Shown here: piece after piece, positions 11,620 through 25,034 of the stretch
Layout of the letters: the number at the start of each line of letters is the position of its first letter
How positions within the stretch are numbered: position 1 is the stretch's first letter
Assembly: GCF_006345805.1 (NCBI RefSeq)
Contig: NC_043013.1
Location: forward strand, 28,582,001-28,646,000
Length of the DNA: 64,000 bases
Origin: Octopus sinensis
Lineage: Eukaryota
Direction: 5' to 3'
Made by a program: the position numbers and the translations under genes
Notes under the pieces: model-generated
Told to the model about the DNA's origin: nothing
What the model saw: the letters and a program-made list of their open reading frames with translations, nothing else
Database searches by the model: none

Positions 11620-11775
11620 CGATGGGCTTCTTTCAGTTTCCATCTATCAAATCCACTCAGGCTTTAATTCGCCTGAGGCTATAGTAGAAGACACTTGCCC
11701 AAGGTGCCACCCAGTGAAACTGAACTTGGAACCATGTGGTTGGTAAGCAAGCTACTTACCACACAGCCACTCCCG
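11378..11775 (-). mobile_element. SINE family A
   Basis: Homologous to 1967-2378. Confidence 0.9.
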
Positions 11776-13294
11776 TGTCTATATGCTTATTATATCTTAT
11801 ACATATTATGCCCCTCACACACACTTTCAATTTATTTACCTTAAAAAAATTGCTTTCCGTTTGTTTTGATTTCGTTGTGCCCATGGGATTAAATTTCTCT
11901 CTAATGTTCCATTACCGGCATGTTTGTCTCTTTTTCTCATAAAAGTGTGGTTTTAGGTGGCGTTGGTGGTGGATTGTGGTGATGGTGGCAGTGGGGATGA
12001 TAAACGGTGCCACCAATTGGTGCGACAGTGGAAGTGCCACAGGCAATAAATAGCATTGGTCTCGATGGCAAAGGTGCCGGTAGTAGCAGTGTTGGTGGTG
12101 GTGGTGGTATTAACACTTTCAACGACAGTGTGTTGATGGTGGTGGTGGTGGTGGTGGTGGTGGTGACGCTGGTGGTGATATTAACACTTTCAACAACAGT
12201 GTGTTGATGGTGGTGGTAGTGGTGGTGATGTTGTTATCAGAGACAAGGTTGTGTAGGCTGGGGGATAATGGTGGTGGTGGTGTTGGTGGCAATGGTTGCT
12301 TGCAGTGATGTTGGTGGTGATGGCTGTGACAGTGGTGGTGGTGGCATTATTTCAGGAATCAGAGTGGGGGAAAAAAAGTAAAACAATTCTTCAGATTTAA
12401 AGAAAAATGAAAAAAAAAAATTAAGAATCCCCCACCAAAATAATGAATACTAAGCTAATCTAATGGTGGTTACTATGGATATCTTTTTGATCTCAAAAGT
12501 TATATTGTAGCTAACCATGCCAACAAAGGATATATTATACAATGTAAAAGGGGGAAAAAAAAGAAAGAAAGAAAGAACATACAAGAACACAACAAAGAAC
12601 TTCCACCCACCCACCCACCAAAATCATGACATTATCCTATAACATCTAATCTTTATTCTTGTAGAAAAGTGATTTCATCTTTTATCATTCTGGGGGGTTT
12701 TTTTTTGCATTGTTTCTGAAATTCTTCGAGATGTTTCTTCATGTTCTGGTTTTGTTTTTTGTTTGTTTTGTTTTTTTGTTTTCGGTTTCTTTGTATTTTT
12801 TTTTTTTTTTTTGCTTTTTGAAGCTGAATATTCCTATATATCCATAAGAATTCTTTAGAAGTTATTATTTTTCATATTCTTGTGATGACAGTCCAAAAAA
12901 AAAAGAAAATAATAATAGTAATAATAATAATAATAACAATAATAATAATAATAATAAAGAGATATATAACTAAAAATAAAATAAAAACAATATAGGTCCT
13001 CCACCATATTTAATCCTTCAAGTTACCTTCCTTTATCATTTTTCACTCCTTCTCCCCCTCCTCTTCCTCTCTTTCTTTGTTTCTTAGAATATGGTGTCCA
13101 AAATATTAATTTCGCTTGACTTCCATGGAGACAGAGAAGAGATTATTATACAGTTGATTGAATTTACCTCAATATATTACGGCTATTAAATTTATCCGAC
13201 TCCGAAGGATATACATAGTCTACCGTGACTGTATTCCTCTATTCAGTTGTGTGAGCCCCTATTGTGAACCAACCAGGGCTGCCAATATGTAACC

Positions 13295-13665
13295 TGGACC
13301 TTGCAAACTAATTATAAAAATTAGTGGCCAAATCTCCCTCAAATTACAGCCTTGCATTTTAAATATGGAAAGGACATGTTGGGCAGTGTAGGCCTAGATA
13401 TTTTTAATGGGTTGGTCATGACTGGAATGCCTTTGGTCAGAACTGAATTGAAGCTAAACATGCCAACAACAATCCTTATGTGTATGTGTGACCTGCTAGA
13501 AACATTAACTGAATCTCCTGCATATCACACACCCTCCTATCTTGCACAAGAGAGGATACATTGGATAATGTAGTCCTAGATATACTGTGCTTGACAAGAA
13601 GATTGGATAGTCATAAATGGAATCAATGCCTTTGATCACAGGCTCTGTTTGATCTGGGCCAATAC
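13295..13665 (+). mobile_element. Two tandem fragments of an old dispersed repeat (family F)
   Basis: Motif gacctgctagaaa..aaatctccctcaaat..cattggataatgtagtcctaga..ggtcatg.ctggaatgcctttgatca recurs near 1355, 18400, 19270, 22915 and inverted near 33480, 34700, 59100, 63650. Confidence 0.65.
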
Positions 13666-13670
13666 AAGAA

Positions 13671-14031
13671 AAACAAAAGCACTCAGAGAGCACAAAATTC
13701 TGCCAAGGCAACACCAACGTTCTCTCAATAATTACCCAGAGATTATTTTTAAAATGAGAATGTCTGAAATAAACTTGACTGCTCTCACAAATGAGAGTGC
13801 TAAAAATGAACCTGAGTGCTCTCAAAAATTAAGTAAGAAAAACAGGAAAAATAATCCAGAATCCTTGTCTAGTACTGGATCAATCCCAAAATCTAATCAG
13901 GTTGTGCCAGTCATGAGGTCAAACATCCTTGAAAGTTTCATCTGAATTCATCCATTGAGATAGCTTGTCCATGGACAAACAAACAAATGTGACCGAAAAC
14001 AATACCTCCACCTTAGTAAAGGCGGAGGTAA
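13671..14031 (+). mobile_element. Helentron/HINE-like non-autonomous rolling-circle element
   Basis: Start aacaaaagcactcagagagc..ctgccaaggc; (ACAA)n near the 3' end; terminal hairpin tacctccacctt-agta-aaggcggaggta (14003-14030). Confidence 0.6.
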
Positions 14032-15429
14032 CAAGAAGTCTCCTAGAAGAGGTGAAAGCAAAAAAATGAAAGTGAAAGTAGAAAAATATTGAGACTAACT
14101 TTCTACTGTTTCTGTCATTGCAATGTTCCCTAAGATGTTGTTGTTGTCATCACTATCATTGTTGTCATTGTCAACCTCCTTGTCATCAGTATGGCCATAA
14201 TCATTGTCACATCAACCACCACCACCATCATCATCATCATCGTTATCATTCTCATTGTCATCATCATCGTCATCACAGTCCTTCTTGTCTTCTTTATTCT
14301 CCTCCTTGTCATCATCCTCAATGATACTGTTGTTGTTGTTGTTGCTGTAGTCATTCTCATTATGGTCCCTTGTCCTGCTTGTCATCATCATCATCATCAT
14401 TGTGGTCATCACTGTGGAATTGTCATCATGGTCCCCATTATGGTTGTCATCATCATCATCATTTTGCACAGCATCTCTTTTCCTTGCTGGTATGGGCTGG
14501 ATTAGACTTGTCGCAGCAGTGTTCTGTGGCCAAATGCCCTTCCTGTCACCAACTTTTCTCTTAAATTAATACTTGAAGTGGTCAGCGGTTGGATGTGTCT
14601 TTGCAGAATTGCCTGTGCAGTGACATTTTTGTGTTGCATGTATAAGCAGAATCAGAACATAAATTGGAAAATATGCACACACATACGCACACACACACAC
14701 TCACACACATACACACACACAAATATGTATGATGGGCTTCTTTACATTTTCCTATCTGTCAATTTCACGCACATGGCATTGGTTAGTCTTAGAAGAAAGT
14801 AGAAGACACTGTCTTAGGTGTTGAAGTGATTACAGTGTAACATAAGATGAAGTGCTTCATTCCAGAACACAATGTATCACCTGATCCTGGAACTGAACCC
14901 ACAATCTCACAATCATGAGAACAACACCCTAACCACTAGCCCATGTGCCCTCACACACAGCACATACACGTGTGTGTGTGTGTGTGTGTTTGTAAATAGA
15001 TAGAAATAAAGTAACCCAAGGGATGTAACTCAAAGAGGTCAATGACATAAATGTGAATATTTTAATTAAATTAAGTTCAATTCTGTGTACTTGAGTGCCA
15101 GATATAATGAATTCTTAATTTGGTTTGAAGTTTCTCTCTAAGTGGAAGACAGAAACCAAAAACTAGCGGCAGTTGTTTGTGGCACTCGCAGAGAAGTTTC
15201 TATCTTTCATTCAGAAGGAAAGTTCAAAAATATTAAAAATTTTATTGCAGGCGGTGCTCCAGCATGGCCACAGTCAAATGACTGAAACAAATATAAGAAT
15301 AAAAGAATAGGATTTGGTGCACTACCTTTTAACAGGAATCTCCAAGTCCATCATGCTCCTGGCTTCCTTGAGATTTGGTGAAGCTCATTCCTTTCCTGGT
15401 CTCACCTTCAGGCTGATTTCTTCCAGAAG

Positions 15430-15496
<67 letters not shown>

Positions 15497-15858
15497 AGAG
15501 AAGGCAGGGGAGGGGAGAGAAATCTCGATAGAGAAAAGTTGACAGAAAGATTATATGTATATACAAATACACATCTGTGTGAGTGTGTGTATATATATAT
15601 ATATATATATCATATAAATTAAGGGCTAAGAGGGTTATTATAAAGCCAAAATACACTGTTTTATCCACTTATAATAGCTTTGTTACAGGAAAAATATATA
15701 TATATATATATATATAACACACACACCACACACACACATACAAATTCTCATGTGTGTGTGTGTGTGTGCGTATGTGCATTTATAGATATATATCATTATC
15801 ATCATTCAACAATCCATCTTCCATGCTATATATATAAATATATATATATATACACACA

Positions 15859-15926
15859 CAATGGGTTGCTGAAAAGTTCCTGGCTTTGGGTAAATGGAAA
15901 TACAGGAAACTTTTCAACACCCCTTG
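15859..15926. mobile_element. Mariner-type TIR-only mini element
   Basis: gggttgctgaaaagttcct / aggaaacttttcaacacccc are inverted; the same TIR recurs at ~27730-27762. Confidence 0.6.
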
Positions 15927-15952
15927 TATATACATATACATACATGTGTGTG

Positions 15953-15999
<47 letters not shown>

Positions 16000-16276
16000 C
16001 ATATGATACAGAGACACTGATATATGTACATGTACATATAATTCTGTGTGTATGTGTGTGTGTGTATGTGTGTGTGTGTATGTGTGTGTGTGTGTACTTG
16101 TGCTCACATGTGTTAAACATGATTTATTTTTCACAATATTATCATCATTCTCTTGTAAATTCATGGATTACATCAGATGACAGTGAGTTATCACAAGCAT
16201 GATAAATGATTTACATACAATTATATCAAATACTACCATTTCATATATATATATATTTCATATATATATCATATAC

Positions 16277-16367
<91 letters not shown>

Positions 16368-16779
16368 CATACACACACATACGCACACACCACAATATAT
16401 ATGGTAGCATTACTTTTCTGAGACACCCAAATCATGTATCACAATATCATATAAAATTCATGATGTATGAGTTCCATGTGATGACAGCCTTTATCTCATT
16501 CATGTTACAGAGGCTCATGGCCTTGTGGGTAAGATGTTTGCTTGTCAGTCTCAGTGTTCCAGGTTCATACAACATCTTGGTCAAATATCTTCGAGCACAT
16601 CTTTGTGTGTGCGGAATGGGTAGAAAAATGACAGAGGGTGACTTTGCAGAAGTTAGTCGGGTGGACTACAACCTCAGATCTGAGAGTTCTGCTTCCTGAA
16701 ATAGTTTCATGTTGAGGAATGTGAGTATTATGTGAAATGCGTATGTGCTTATGGAATACTCAACCACTTGTACATTGTT

Positions 16780-17307
16780 CATCATCATCGTCATCGTCAT
16801 CGTCATCGTCATCATCATCATCATCATCGTTTAACGTCCGCTTTCCATGCTAGCATGGGTTGGATGATTTGACTGAGGTCTGGCAAACCAGATGGCTGCA
16901 CTAGGCTCAAGTCTGATCTGGCAGAGATTCTACAGCTGGATGCCCTTCCTAAAATGCCAACCACTCCGAGAGTGTAGTGGGTGCTTTTACGTGCCACCGG
17001 CATGAAGGCCAGTCAGGCAGTACTGGCAATGGCCACGCTCAAATGGTGCTTTTTATGTGCCACCTGCACAGGAGCCAGTCCAGTGGCACTGGCAACGACC
17101 TCGCTCGAATGTTTTTTCATGTGCCACCAGCACAAGTGCCAGTAAGACGATGCAGGTAACGATCACACTCAAATGGTGCTTTTTACATGCCACTGGCACA
17201 GAAGCCAGGTTGTTGCTTTGGCAACGATCATGCTCAGATGGTGTTCTTAGTGCTCCACTAGCATGGATGCCAGTCATTGAATTTGATTTTGATTTCGATT
17301 TCACTTG
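16780..17307 (-). mobile_element. SINE family C ((GAT)n tail, internal ~55-60 bp tandem sub-repeats)
   Basis: (cat)n cgtttaacgtccgctttccatgctagcatgggttgg...ctacagctggatgcccttcctaa. Other copies at ~28053, 30340, 30832, 42171, 51850 and 62880. Confidence 0.85.
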
Positions 17308-17490
17308 TTATACAATGAAATTGATTGTTTTGTTGATTGGATTATGGAAACTTTGAGTAACCAAAATCAATAAGGGAGTCCATCATTCCAGTTGTATTGC
17401 AGGGTCTGACATTAGTTTCTACCATAATATGTTTGACCCTTCCATAGGCATGCTGAACCAAAGCTGACTTACATCAGTAATTGATGTAGA

Positions 17491-18322
17491 AATGAAAGAA
17501 CCAAGCAACCGACCAAACAAATATGCAAGCAAGAAATCTACTAACGAAGCAACCAAGCAACTAGCCAAGTATCCAACCAAACAAGCAAATAACCAACCAA
17601 CTGACCAATCTACTCCCCTCATTCATTGCCTACCTACCTAGCTACGTGCCTACATCCTGTTTAATGCAGTATACAGTCTGCTCCCTTGTCACATATATGG
17701 TTGTTTCTAAATATTTGGTTGGCGTCCACCATACCATGTCTCTTCAAGTCTGTGGCAATTGATGATATATTTAATAACTGCTCAGCAAACTAACCAACCA
17801 ACCACCAACCAACCAGCCAGCTAACCAACCAGCCAGCTAACCAACTAACTAACCAGTCAACCAACCAATCAACCAGCCAACCAAACCAGCCATCCAGCCA
17901 GCCTACCAACCAACCACCAAATCAACCAACCAACTAACCAATCAACCAGCCAACCAAACCAGCCATCCAGCCAGCCTACCAACCAACCACCAAATCAACC
18001 AACAACCAACCAACCACCAACCAACCAACCAGCCAGCCTACCAACCAATCAGCCAACCAACCAACCAACCAACCAACCAACCAACCAACCAACCAACCAA
18101 TCAACCAACCAACCAACCACCCAGCCAGCTAACCAACCAACTAACTAACCAGTCAACCAACCAATCAACCAGCCAACCAACCAGCCATCCAGCCATCCTA
18201 CCAACCAACCACCAAACCAACCAACCAACCAACCAACCAACCAACCAACCAACCAACCAACCAACCAGTCAGCCAAGCAAGCAAGCAAGCAACCAGCCAA
18301 CCAACCAACCAACCAACCAACC
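17491..18322. repeat. Compound (CCAA)n satellite with higher-order repeats
   Basis: Variant block aactaactaaccagtcaaccaaccaatcaaccagccaacc..ccagccatccagcc occurs at ~17845 and ~18139. Confidence 0.9.
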
Positions 18323-18647
18323 TTTTACCACCATCATCATCACCATGATTATCATGATCAACCCCCACAAGGGAATCTCTACATCGTCACATAATCTACA
18401 ATAAACAGCAGCCAAATCTCCCTCTAATCATATACTGTTATCTTAAATAAAGAAGCATACATTGGATAATGTAGCTGCTGGTCTACAAAAAAGGCAGGGT
18501 GGTCATGACTGGGTTACCATTGATCATAGGTTTGCCTAAGATGTAACAACAACAAGAAGCAAATGAGAATGTCTGTAAATCAATGAGACCAGGTCCACAT
18601 CAAAGTAAGAGATTCCATATGAGCTAACAAAAGGCCCTCTAATATGA

Positions 18648-18700
18648 CATCTCTGACAGCTGTTTCAATTAATTTATAAAATTAAAATCATTATAAGATG
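18648..18700 (-). ncRNA. Decayed hammerhead-like motif (family HH-D)
   Basis: Minus: catct-t-ataatga-tt ttaattt tat aaattaa tt-GAAAC-agct-GTC-agagatg. Palindromic stem III acagctgt and GUC triplet; 5' core mutated. Confidence 0.45.
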
Positions 18701-18957
18701 AATCTTCAGAGTTAGTAAAGATATACTGATTAGTAAAGATATAGTAAAGAAATACATGTTGAGATAATGGCTATAGAACTGTTAACTCTTATTTTCTTCT
18801 TATTCTTTAAATATATAAATATATGAACCACGGTTTATACGGTTACCTTATTGTTGAACTTTCTGTAGATTGGTAACTAACCAGTATTTTCATTGGATTT
18901 ATGATCCCTTAATGAGGTTTATTACCTTCACTTGATTAAAATGTGACCACATGTGTA

Positions 18958-19142
18958 CCATTGGCGATTTTTTTCCTCTGTCTTCCCTTCTCTGGATCTT
19001 TCCTTCTCCTATGTTTCCGACGAAGAGCTCTGCTTGAAACGTTAAACCCTCCTTCTTTCATTCTTTCCTGAGCGTCCAATAATACTATATTTGTTCTACG
19101 TCCTAGCGTTGTTGTGTTTTTTTTGTGCTTTCATGTTCGGAT

Positions 19143-19148
<6 letters not shown>
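18958..19148 (+). mobile_element. Family HH-C-related element with hammerhead at 19013-19047, ending in (TA)n
   Basis: gttt-CCGACGA-a-gagc tct gctt-GAAAC-GTT-aaac. Downstream cctgagcgtccaataatac resembles the 39874-40075 element. Confidence 0.7.
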
Positions 19149-19184
<36 letters not shown>

Positions 19185-19959
19185 TATATATAATATATAT
19201 ATATACTAATATATTCTGTGGCAAAAATTGTCTTGCGTGATCCAGTCCATGGTCAAAAAGATTGGGGATTGCTGCATTTAGGTATTGAGATCTTTGGTGC
19301 ATTGCATTTGGATAAAAGTTGGAATGGTCATGGTAGGAATGCCTTTGATCATAAATCTACTCAATCCAACCAGGGCCAATCTATGGCTAAACTACAACAT
19401 GAACAGGATCATTCTCATCGACATCATCCTCTATTGTCTGTGTTGTCATTACAGCAAACTACTTCTGAAAGACTGAGTACATTAGAATTTGACTAAAGTG
19501 CTCTATTCCCAAAGCTTAATTGATAAAGTGTTGTTAAAATTCCATGAGTGGCCATTTAATCTTTAGATTCAGTGGCTGATCTTTAAAAGAGCCATTCTTA
19601 TGCCTGAATGTTATCTTCTTACACTAACCAGATTTTAGAGATAAAAGATAAATTATCTCCTTTCACATAATTAACTTAATCTCTATTCTATTTCTCTGAT
19701 TTCAGTATCTTGATCTCATTTAATGTTCTTAGTTTTAATTAATTTGCTTCTTCTGAGAGCAGCAGAGTAAGCTTTAACACGTTTCCTCTGGCACCACATT
19801 CATTTTAATATATCCTGGTTGAATTCATGATTAATTTTTAGTATGTTCTCTCTCGTTGGTTATGAATTTGTAGATATTACTGTACAGCAGATAGCTTTTA
19901 TCTTTTTCTTGTTTCAGTTATTAGATTGTGACTATACTGGGGCATTGTCTTGAAGCACG

Positions 19960-20505
19960 GGCCCTCAGAAATTCCAAATTGGTGTCTAGCATGCAGGAAG
20001 ACCACTGGGTGTGAGGCAACCCTTAACTTTTTGTTAAAGCATGTCTCCAGGATTTGCTTCAAACCCAGACTACTTCTGCTCTGATAGTCAGTTGTGACTT
20101 GGTCAGTGAATCCTCCATGATGGTCAACAATTGATGGCAAGATGAGCTGCTACAGATCCCATTATCTCAAAGTGTACTTACTTGTACTTGTACTTGTGGA
20201 AACATTCACCCTGGGTGGGTTGAGTCGGCTTCCTCCACTCATGGAAGAAGTTTTGTGGGAATATGTGGATTTCACAAGCGGTCCCCAACAATCCCGCATG
20301 TGGAGACATCCTGTTTGCCGCAGATTGTCCGCAGATGCAGGGACAGAATGACCGAGGTGCCACCAGTTACCGAAGCAGACACTCTGAGGATTTTCACCAG
20401 AGCCCTGTCTGCCAGGTTGTGGCCCTAATACCACTCGGTGTCAGACCAATCCGCTTTGGGTGGCCCTACCAGGAACCGAAGTTCCCGACGGCATAGCTCT
20501 GACAC
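19960..20505 (-). mobile_element. GC-rich remnant resembling an RTE-type LINE 5' UTR/ORF start, inserted into a SINE A copy
   Basis: Minus agagctatgccgtcgggaacttcggttcctggtagggccaccc resembles RTE 5' UTRs; the split SINE halves lie at 19898-19955 and 20612-20951. Confidence 0.45.
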
Positions 20506-20984
20506 TAACCCGTTGCATGTGACTAGGGACCACATGTGAACTGGTATTTTTACTAAAATTGCGAACATGAAACTCGTTGGTCAGAGCTGACTCAACCACC
20601 TAGGGTATAAGTTGTATTGCCTTGAAGGGTTTAGTCAAACAAATCAACCCCAGGACGTAATTTTAAGTCTGGTACTAATTTCATTGATCTCTTTTGCTGA
20701 ACTGCTAAGTTTCAAGTCGATAAACAAGCCAACACTGTCAAGCAATGGTGGTGGACAAGCACACATATACACACACACAATGGGTTTCCACACAGTTTCC
20801 ACTTCTTGAATACATTCACAGGGTATAGGTCAGCTTGAGGTTATAGTAAAAAAAAAAACAACAGTTTCCGAAGTTGCCATGCAGTGAGACTAAACTTGGA
20901 ACTACATGATTGCAAAGTGATATTCCTAACCACACAGCCACGCCTGCACCTATGTAGTATATAATTCCTCTGTAACATTTATAA

Positions 20985-21975
20985 CTATTACCAATTTCAT
21001 TCAGCAAATTTGTTAATGGAGACAGTGCTTGAAGCTAAGCAGGCGAGTTGAGAGGATAAAGTTCTTACGTTTTTAGATCTGGTTTTAATCATTTTATCTT
21101 TCTGCACCTATATAGCTGTTTTCCATTTCGACATTGCATATGAATGTACCATGTTACTTAAGGTGCTAGTTTATTGATGTGGTGTATCTTCAGTATACAA
21201 GAGTGTGGTATGATATCCAATATTTTTATCAATCAATCCATGCTGTGTTAACATTTTTTTCTTTTCTTTTGTTTTTGTTGCCTCCAATAATTGTTTGACT
21301 CATTAAAGCTACTTTTTACAGTCTACTCCTCAGGTAATATATTATTTCTTTCTATATGATTGGCCAATCTGTTGTAGAGTATAGATATAAGGACTGCGTA
21401 TGTTATCGGTAAACAAGTTAGAGGCAGGTGTCATAGCGATGATCTGATCAAAGACTTTGCAATAGAAAAAAAAGCATGAGAAAACTTTTCAAATATAAAT
21501 AAAATAGAAGGACACCAAAATAAACATTATTTTCCATCTTACTGTTAGTTTTGTTTCATTTTAAAGAATAAAAATTTATTTTATGGTTTATTATTGTTTA
21601 CATTTTAAATTAAATATATATGGAGGCACCAAAATCTTCTAAGTTCTTAGGACCTCTATGGGTTTTAATCTGTCTCTGGTTACAAGTCTGTAGTTTTAGG
21701 ATCCTTTGCTGCTTTTGTTTTGGGAGTCAGTATTGTTTTTCCCTTTACTAATTCCAGTCTGCTTACTACTTCATTAAATTATGTTGGTACAAATTCATAA
21801 ATTAGTTGTTTCAACAAAAAAATAAGACTTTGTCAATCTCAGAAGCTTCCCAGTTACTTCCATTCTTTATTGTATTGGTGAATTCTTTGATCATTTTGTT
21901 TGGTCAAGTTTGTAGGATTAAATGATTTTTGCACTTTTGGGATTGTACTGAATGCTTTTGCTCCATATTCCAACC
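20985..21975 (-). pseudogene. Decayed reverse transcriptase of a Dong/R4-type non-LTR retrotransposon (interrupted ~21430-21680)
   Basis: Minus-strand peptides in the expected order with stops and frameshifts: NWEASEID..., GKTILTPKTKAAKDPK, PLTCLPITYAVLISILYNRLANHIERNNILPEE, KNVNTAWID...DIIPHSCIL, PLTNLLNEIGNSY. Confidence 0.8.
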
Positions 21976-22231
21976 AGGACCATCCTATCTTTTTGTATCA
22001 CAGACTATATTTTCCACAATGTCCTTCATCATCATTCTTTTAGTGTCCACTTTCCTACGCTTGCATGGGTCAGATGAAATTTATTGAGGCAGATTTTCTA
22101 TTCATTCCTACTGTACGTCACCTTGGGCAAGTATCTTCTATTATCTCCCTGAGTCAACCAATGCCTTTTGAGTGAATTTGGTCGATGGAAACTGCATGGA
22201 AGCCCACCATGTGCGTGTGTGTGCGTGTGAA

Positions 22232-22265
<34 letters not shown>

Positions 22266-22446
22266 TATGTGTGTATATATTTGCATGTATCTCCACATTT
22301 TGTAGTAATAGTATCCCTTAAGGTTCTGGGTTCAAATCCTGCTATGGTGGGTTTTGTGTTTTCCTGTAACCAGGATCAGTGCTGATACCAGTCATATACT
22401 TGATGAAATGACAATTCATGCAGTAACTATATTCCACCTTCTTTAA

Positions 22447-22887
22447 CCCTTTTTGTTGCCATATTTTTGTTTAGATGTGTGGAATTTGCTTCAATTAATT
22501 TTGTAAAATAATGAAAAATTTTGTAAAATAGCTTAATCATTATTAATCTGGTGTCAGGAGGAGAGCTGACAGAATCGTTAGCATGCCGGGTGAAACGTTT
22601 AGTGGTATTTCCTCTGCCGCTATGTTCTGAGTTCAAATTCCACCAAGGTCGACTTTGCCTTTCATCCTTTCGAGGTGGATTAAATAAGTACCAGTTATGC
22701 ACTGGGGTTGGTGTAATCGACTTACCCCTTCCCTGCAAATTTCAGGCCTTGTGCCTATAATAGAAAGGATTATTAATTTGGTGTTTGGAACATGAAATAT
22801 GAGAGAAAGTTTAAATTTAGATCACTTTAAAACAAAGTCTGTATCATGGAAACAGAGGCAGATTCAGAAGAGTTGGTATCAAAATGG
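22447..22887. mobile_element. piggyBac-like MITE (TTAA flanks) containing a SINE B insertion at ~22557-22772
   Basis: ttaa|cccttttt ... aaaatgg|ttaa; the SINE is flanked by the duplicated attattaat(c/t)tggtgt. Related copies at ~23107-23330 and ~2620-2793. Confidence 0.7.
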
Positions 22888-24076
22888 TTAATCCAAAATT
22901 CATAACCAGAGAGCCACTATGTTAGAAATAACAGCCAAATTTCCTCCAAATCATACCATATGTGTTAGAATTAAAAGTCACACTAGATAACATGATCCTC
23001 TGTTCCCTGTGCTTATAAGATAGATGGAATGGCCATAGTAGGAATACTTTTAAGTAGGTGCAAACCTATGTTTTCTTGTCCCTTTAGAAGTACTTACTGA
23101 AATGTGTTAATTCTTTTGTCACCATATTTCTCTTGGAATATATTTCCCTTGTTTCAATTAATTTTGAAAATAACAAAGAATTCAGTAGAATAACTTTTGT
23201 CATTTTAAAGCTGGTATTAATTATCATAAATTAACACACAATTTTGATGGAAGGTTTTCCTTTAGATAATTCTAAAACAAGAAGATTATATCAGAGAACA
23301 ATGAGCAGTCTCAAATGTGTTGGTTAATGAGGTTCTTATTTGTCACTTTCTCTATCTATTGATCTCAGCATTCTGTGTTGAAGACATTCAGTTGAGAATA
23401 TTCCTAAAAGAATTGCTTATACTTCCTGCTACAATGGAATTAAGCAGGAAAATAATACATAATTCCCTTGATCTTATTTTGAGAGCACTCTCAACTCCAA
23501 AAGTGTACTGCTGCTTCTGATAGGTGTTTGCCTAGCTCCCTAAATGTCGTTGTTTAGAATGGGTGTTCTTAGAAAACCATAGCCATTACTTTCAAGTGAG
23601 TATGACTTGGTAGCACATACCATATTTTTGCTTAATTGTTTTCGGTGCCTTTACAGAAAGGAGCAGACATGGACACTGTCTCGGTCCTCCCACACTTGAC
23701 TCAGTGAAGCATCAAAGATATGATAGCTAGAGGAAGAGAGAGTTACATCAGCACTCAGCTGGTACTCATTTCCAGCTGAGCAGATGGTGGTGGTGGTGTG
23801 CAGAGGGGGTCAATGTAAAAGGAAATACCTTCCTCAAGGACACAATGTACTGCCCAGTCCAGGAATCAAACTCACAACCTAATGACTTTGAACATAATAT
23901 CCCAGCTACCAGATCTGTCTAGAATGGGTGTTCACCCCCCCCCCCCCCGCATTTAGGTTTCTCCGTTAAATGTAAGGCTTATTTATTCACATCTTTTTGA
24001 ATTAGTCATACTTTATCTTGTAACTTTGAGATTTCGATGATGTGAATATTTTGGCCAGATATGGCTGGTTTAAATG

Positions 24077-24305
24077 TGGCGAGCTGGCAGAAACGTTAGC
24101 ATGTTGGTCGAAATGCTTAGCAGTGTTTCATCTGCCATTATGTTCTGAGTTCAAATTCTGCTGAGGTCAACTTTGCCTTTCATCCTTTTGGGCTCGATAA
24201 ATTAAGTACCAGTTACGCACTGGGGTCAATCTAATCGATTTAATCCATTTGTCTGTCCTTGTTTGTCCCCTTTATGTTTAGCCCCTTGTGGGCAATAAAG
24301 AAATA
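24077..24305 (+). mobile_element. SINE family B, full length, 20-bp TSD, inserted in a piggyBac-like MITE
   Basis: TSD agatatggctggtttaaatg at 24057-24076 and 24306-24325; B box gagttcaaattc; conserved core ctttgcctttcatcctttt...gataaattaagtaccag. Confidence 0.9.
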
Positions 24306-25003
24306 AGATATGGCTGGTTTAAATGCTAGAGGCTTAACTAGATCCCTAAATACATTGTGTCTCTAGAAAGTACCAGTGTGTAAATCCCCTAACCCTAATT
24401 TGGGACACTGAATGTGATGGTTTCAGTTTACCTAGAAGCTTTCAGGTTTCCAAAACCTTCCACATTTAATCCACCAAAAAATATACCTTGAAAATAGAGC
24501 ATTATGGTTATACTGTTAAAACTGTATGTATTTTTTAATCAGTTTTTTTTTTGAGCCCTAGGACTCATCAGGCTGGCTATCCAGTTTCCATGGCATGTAA
24601 GCGACTGGGATCACAACATTCCCCCCATAAGGATGTTGTTCTGTTGCCACCAATTTTGAGGCAAAGAGACAAGTCAAATTACAACAAATAAACATTCTGC
24701 CAAAATATTCTGGTGAAAAGGACAAACAAAAAGATGTTTAGCGAACACCAGAACTGTGGGGAACACTGGTGAACCCTCTTTTAATCACATGGATGACATG
24801 GGTTTAAACAATAACAACAAAAATTGCTGTTATTATTAGAATTTCTTCCAAGTCTTCACATTCTGGGTTCAAATTCTGCTGAGGTTGACTTTACCTTTCA
24901 TCCTTTCAGGGTCGATAAATTAAGTACCAGTGAAACACTGGGGTCTATTCCCTCCTCCAAAATTGCTGCCCTTGTGGAAAAATATAAAACCATTATTATT
25001 ATG

Positions 25004-25034
<31 letters not shown>

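Noticed and set aside
15314-15432. Possible minus-strand exon after a (CT)n pyrimidine tract
   Set aside because: No convincing acceptor/donor pair or recognisable peptide.
24553-24610. CTGATGAG on the minus strand resembling a hammerhead core
   Set aside because: No downstream GAAA or stem III; the context looks like a decayed SINE 3' part.
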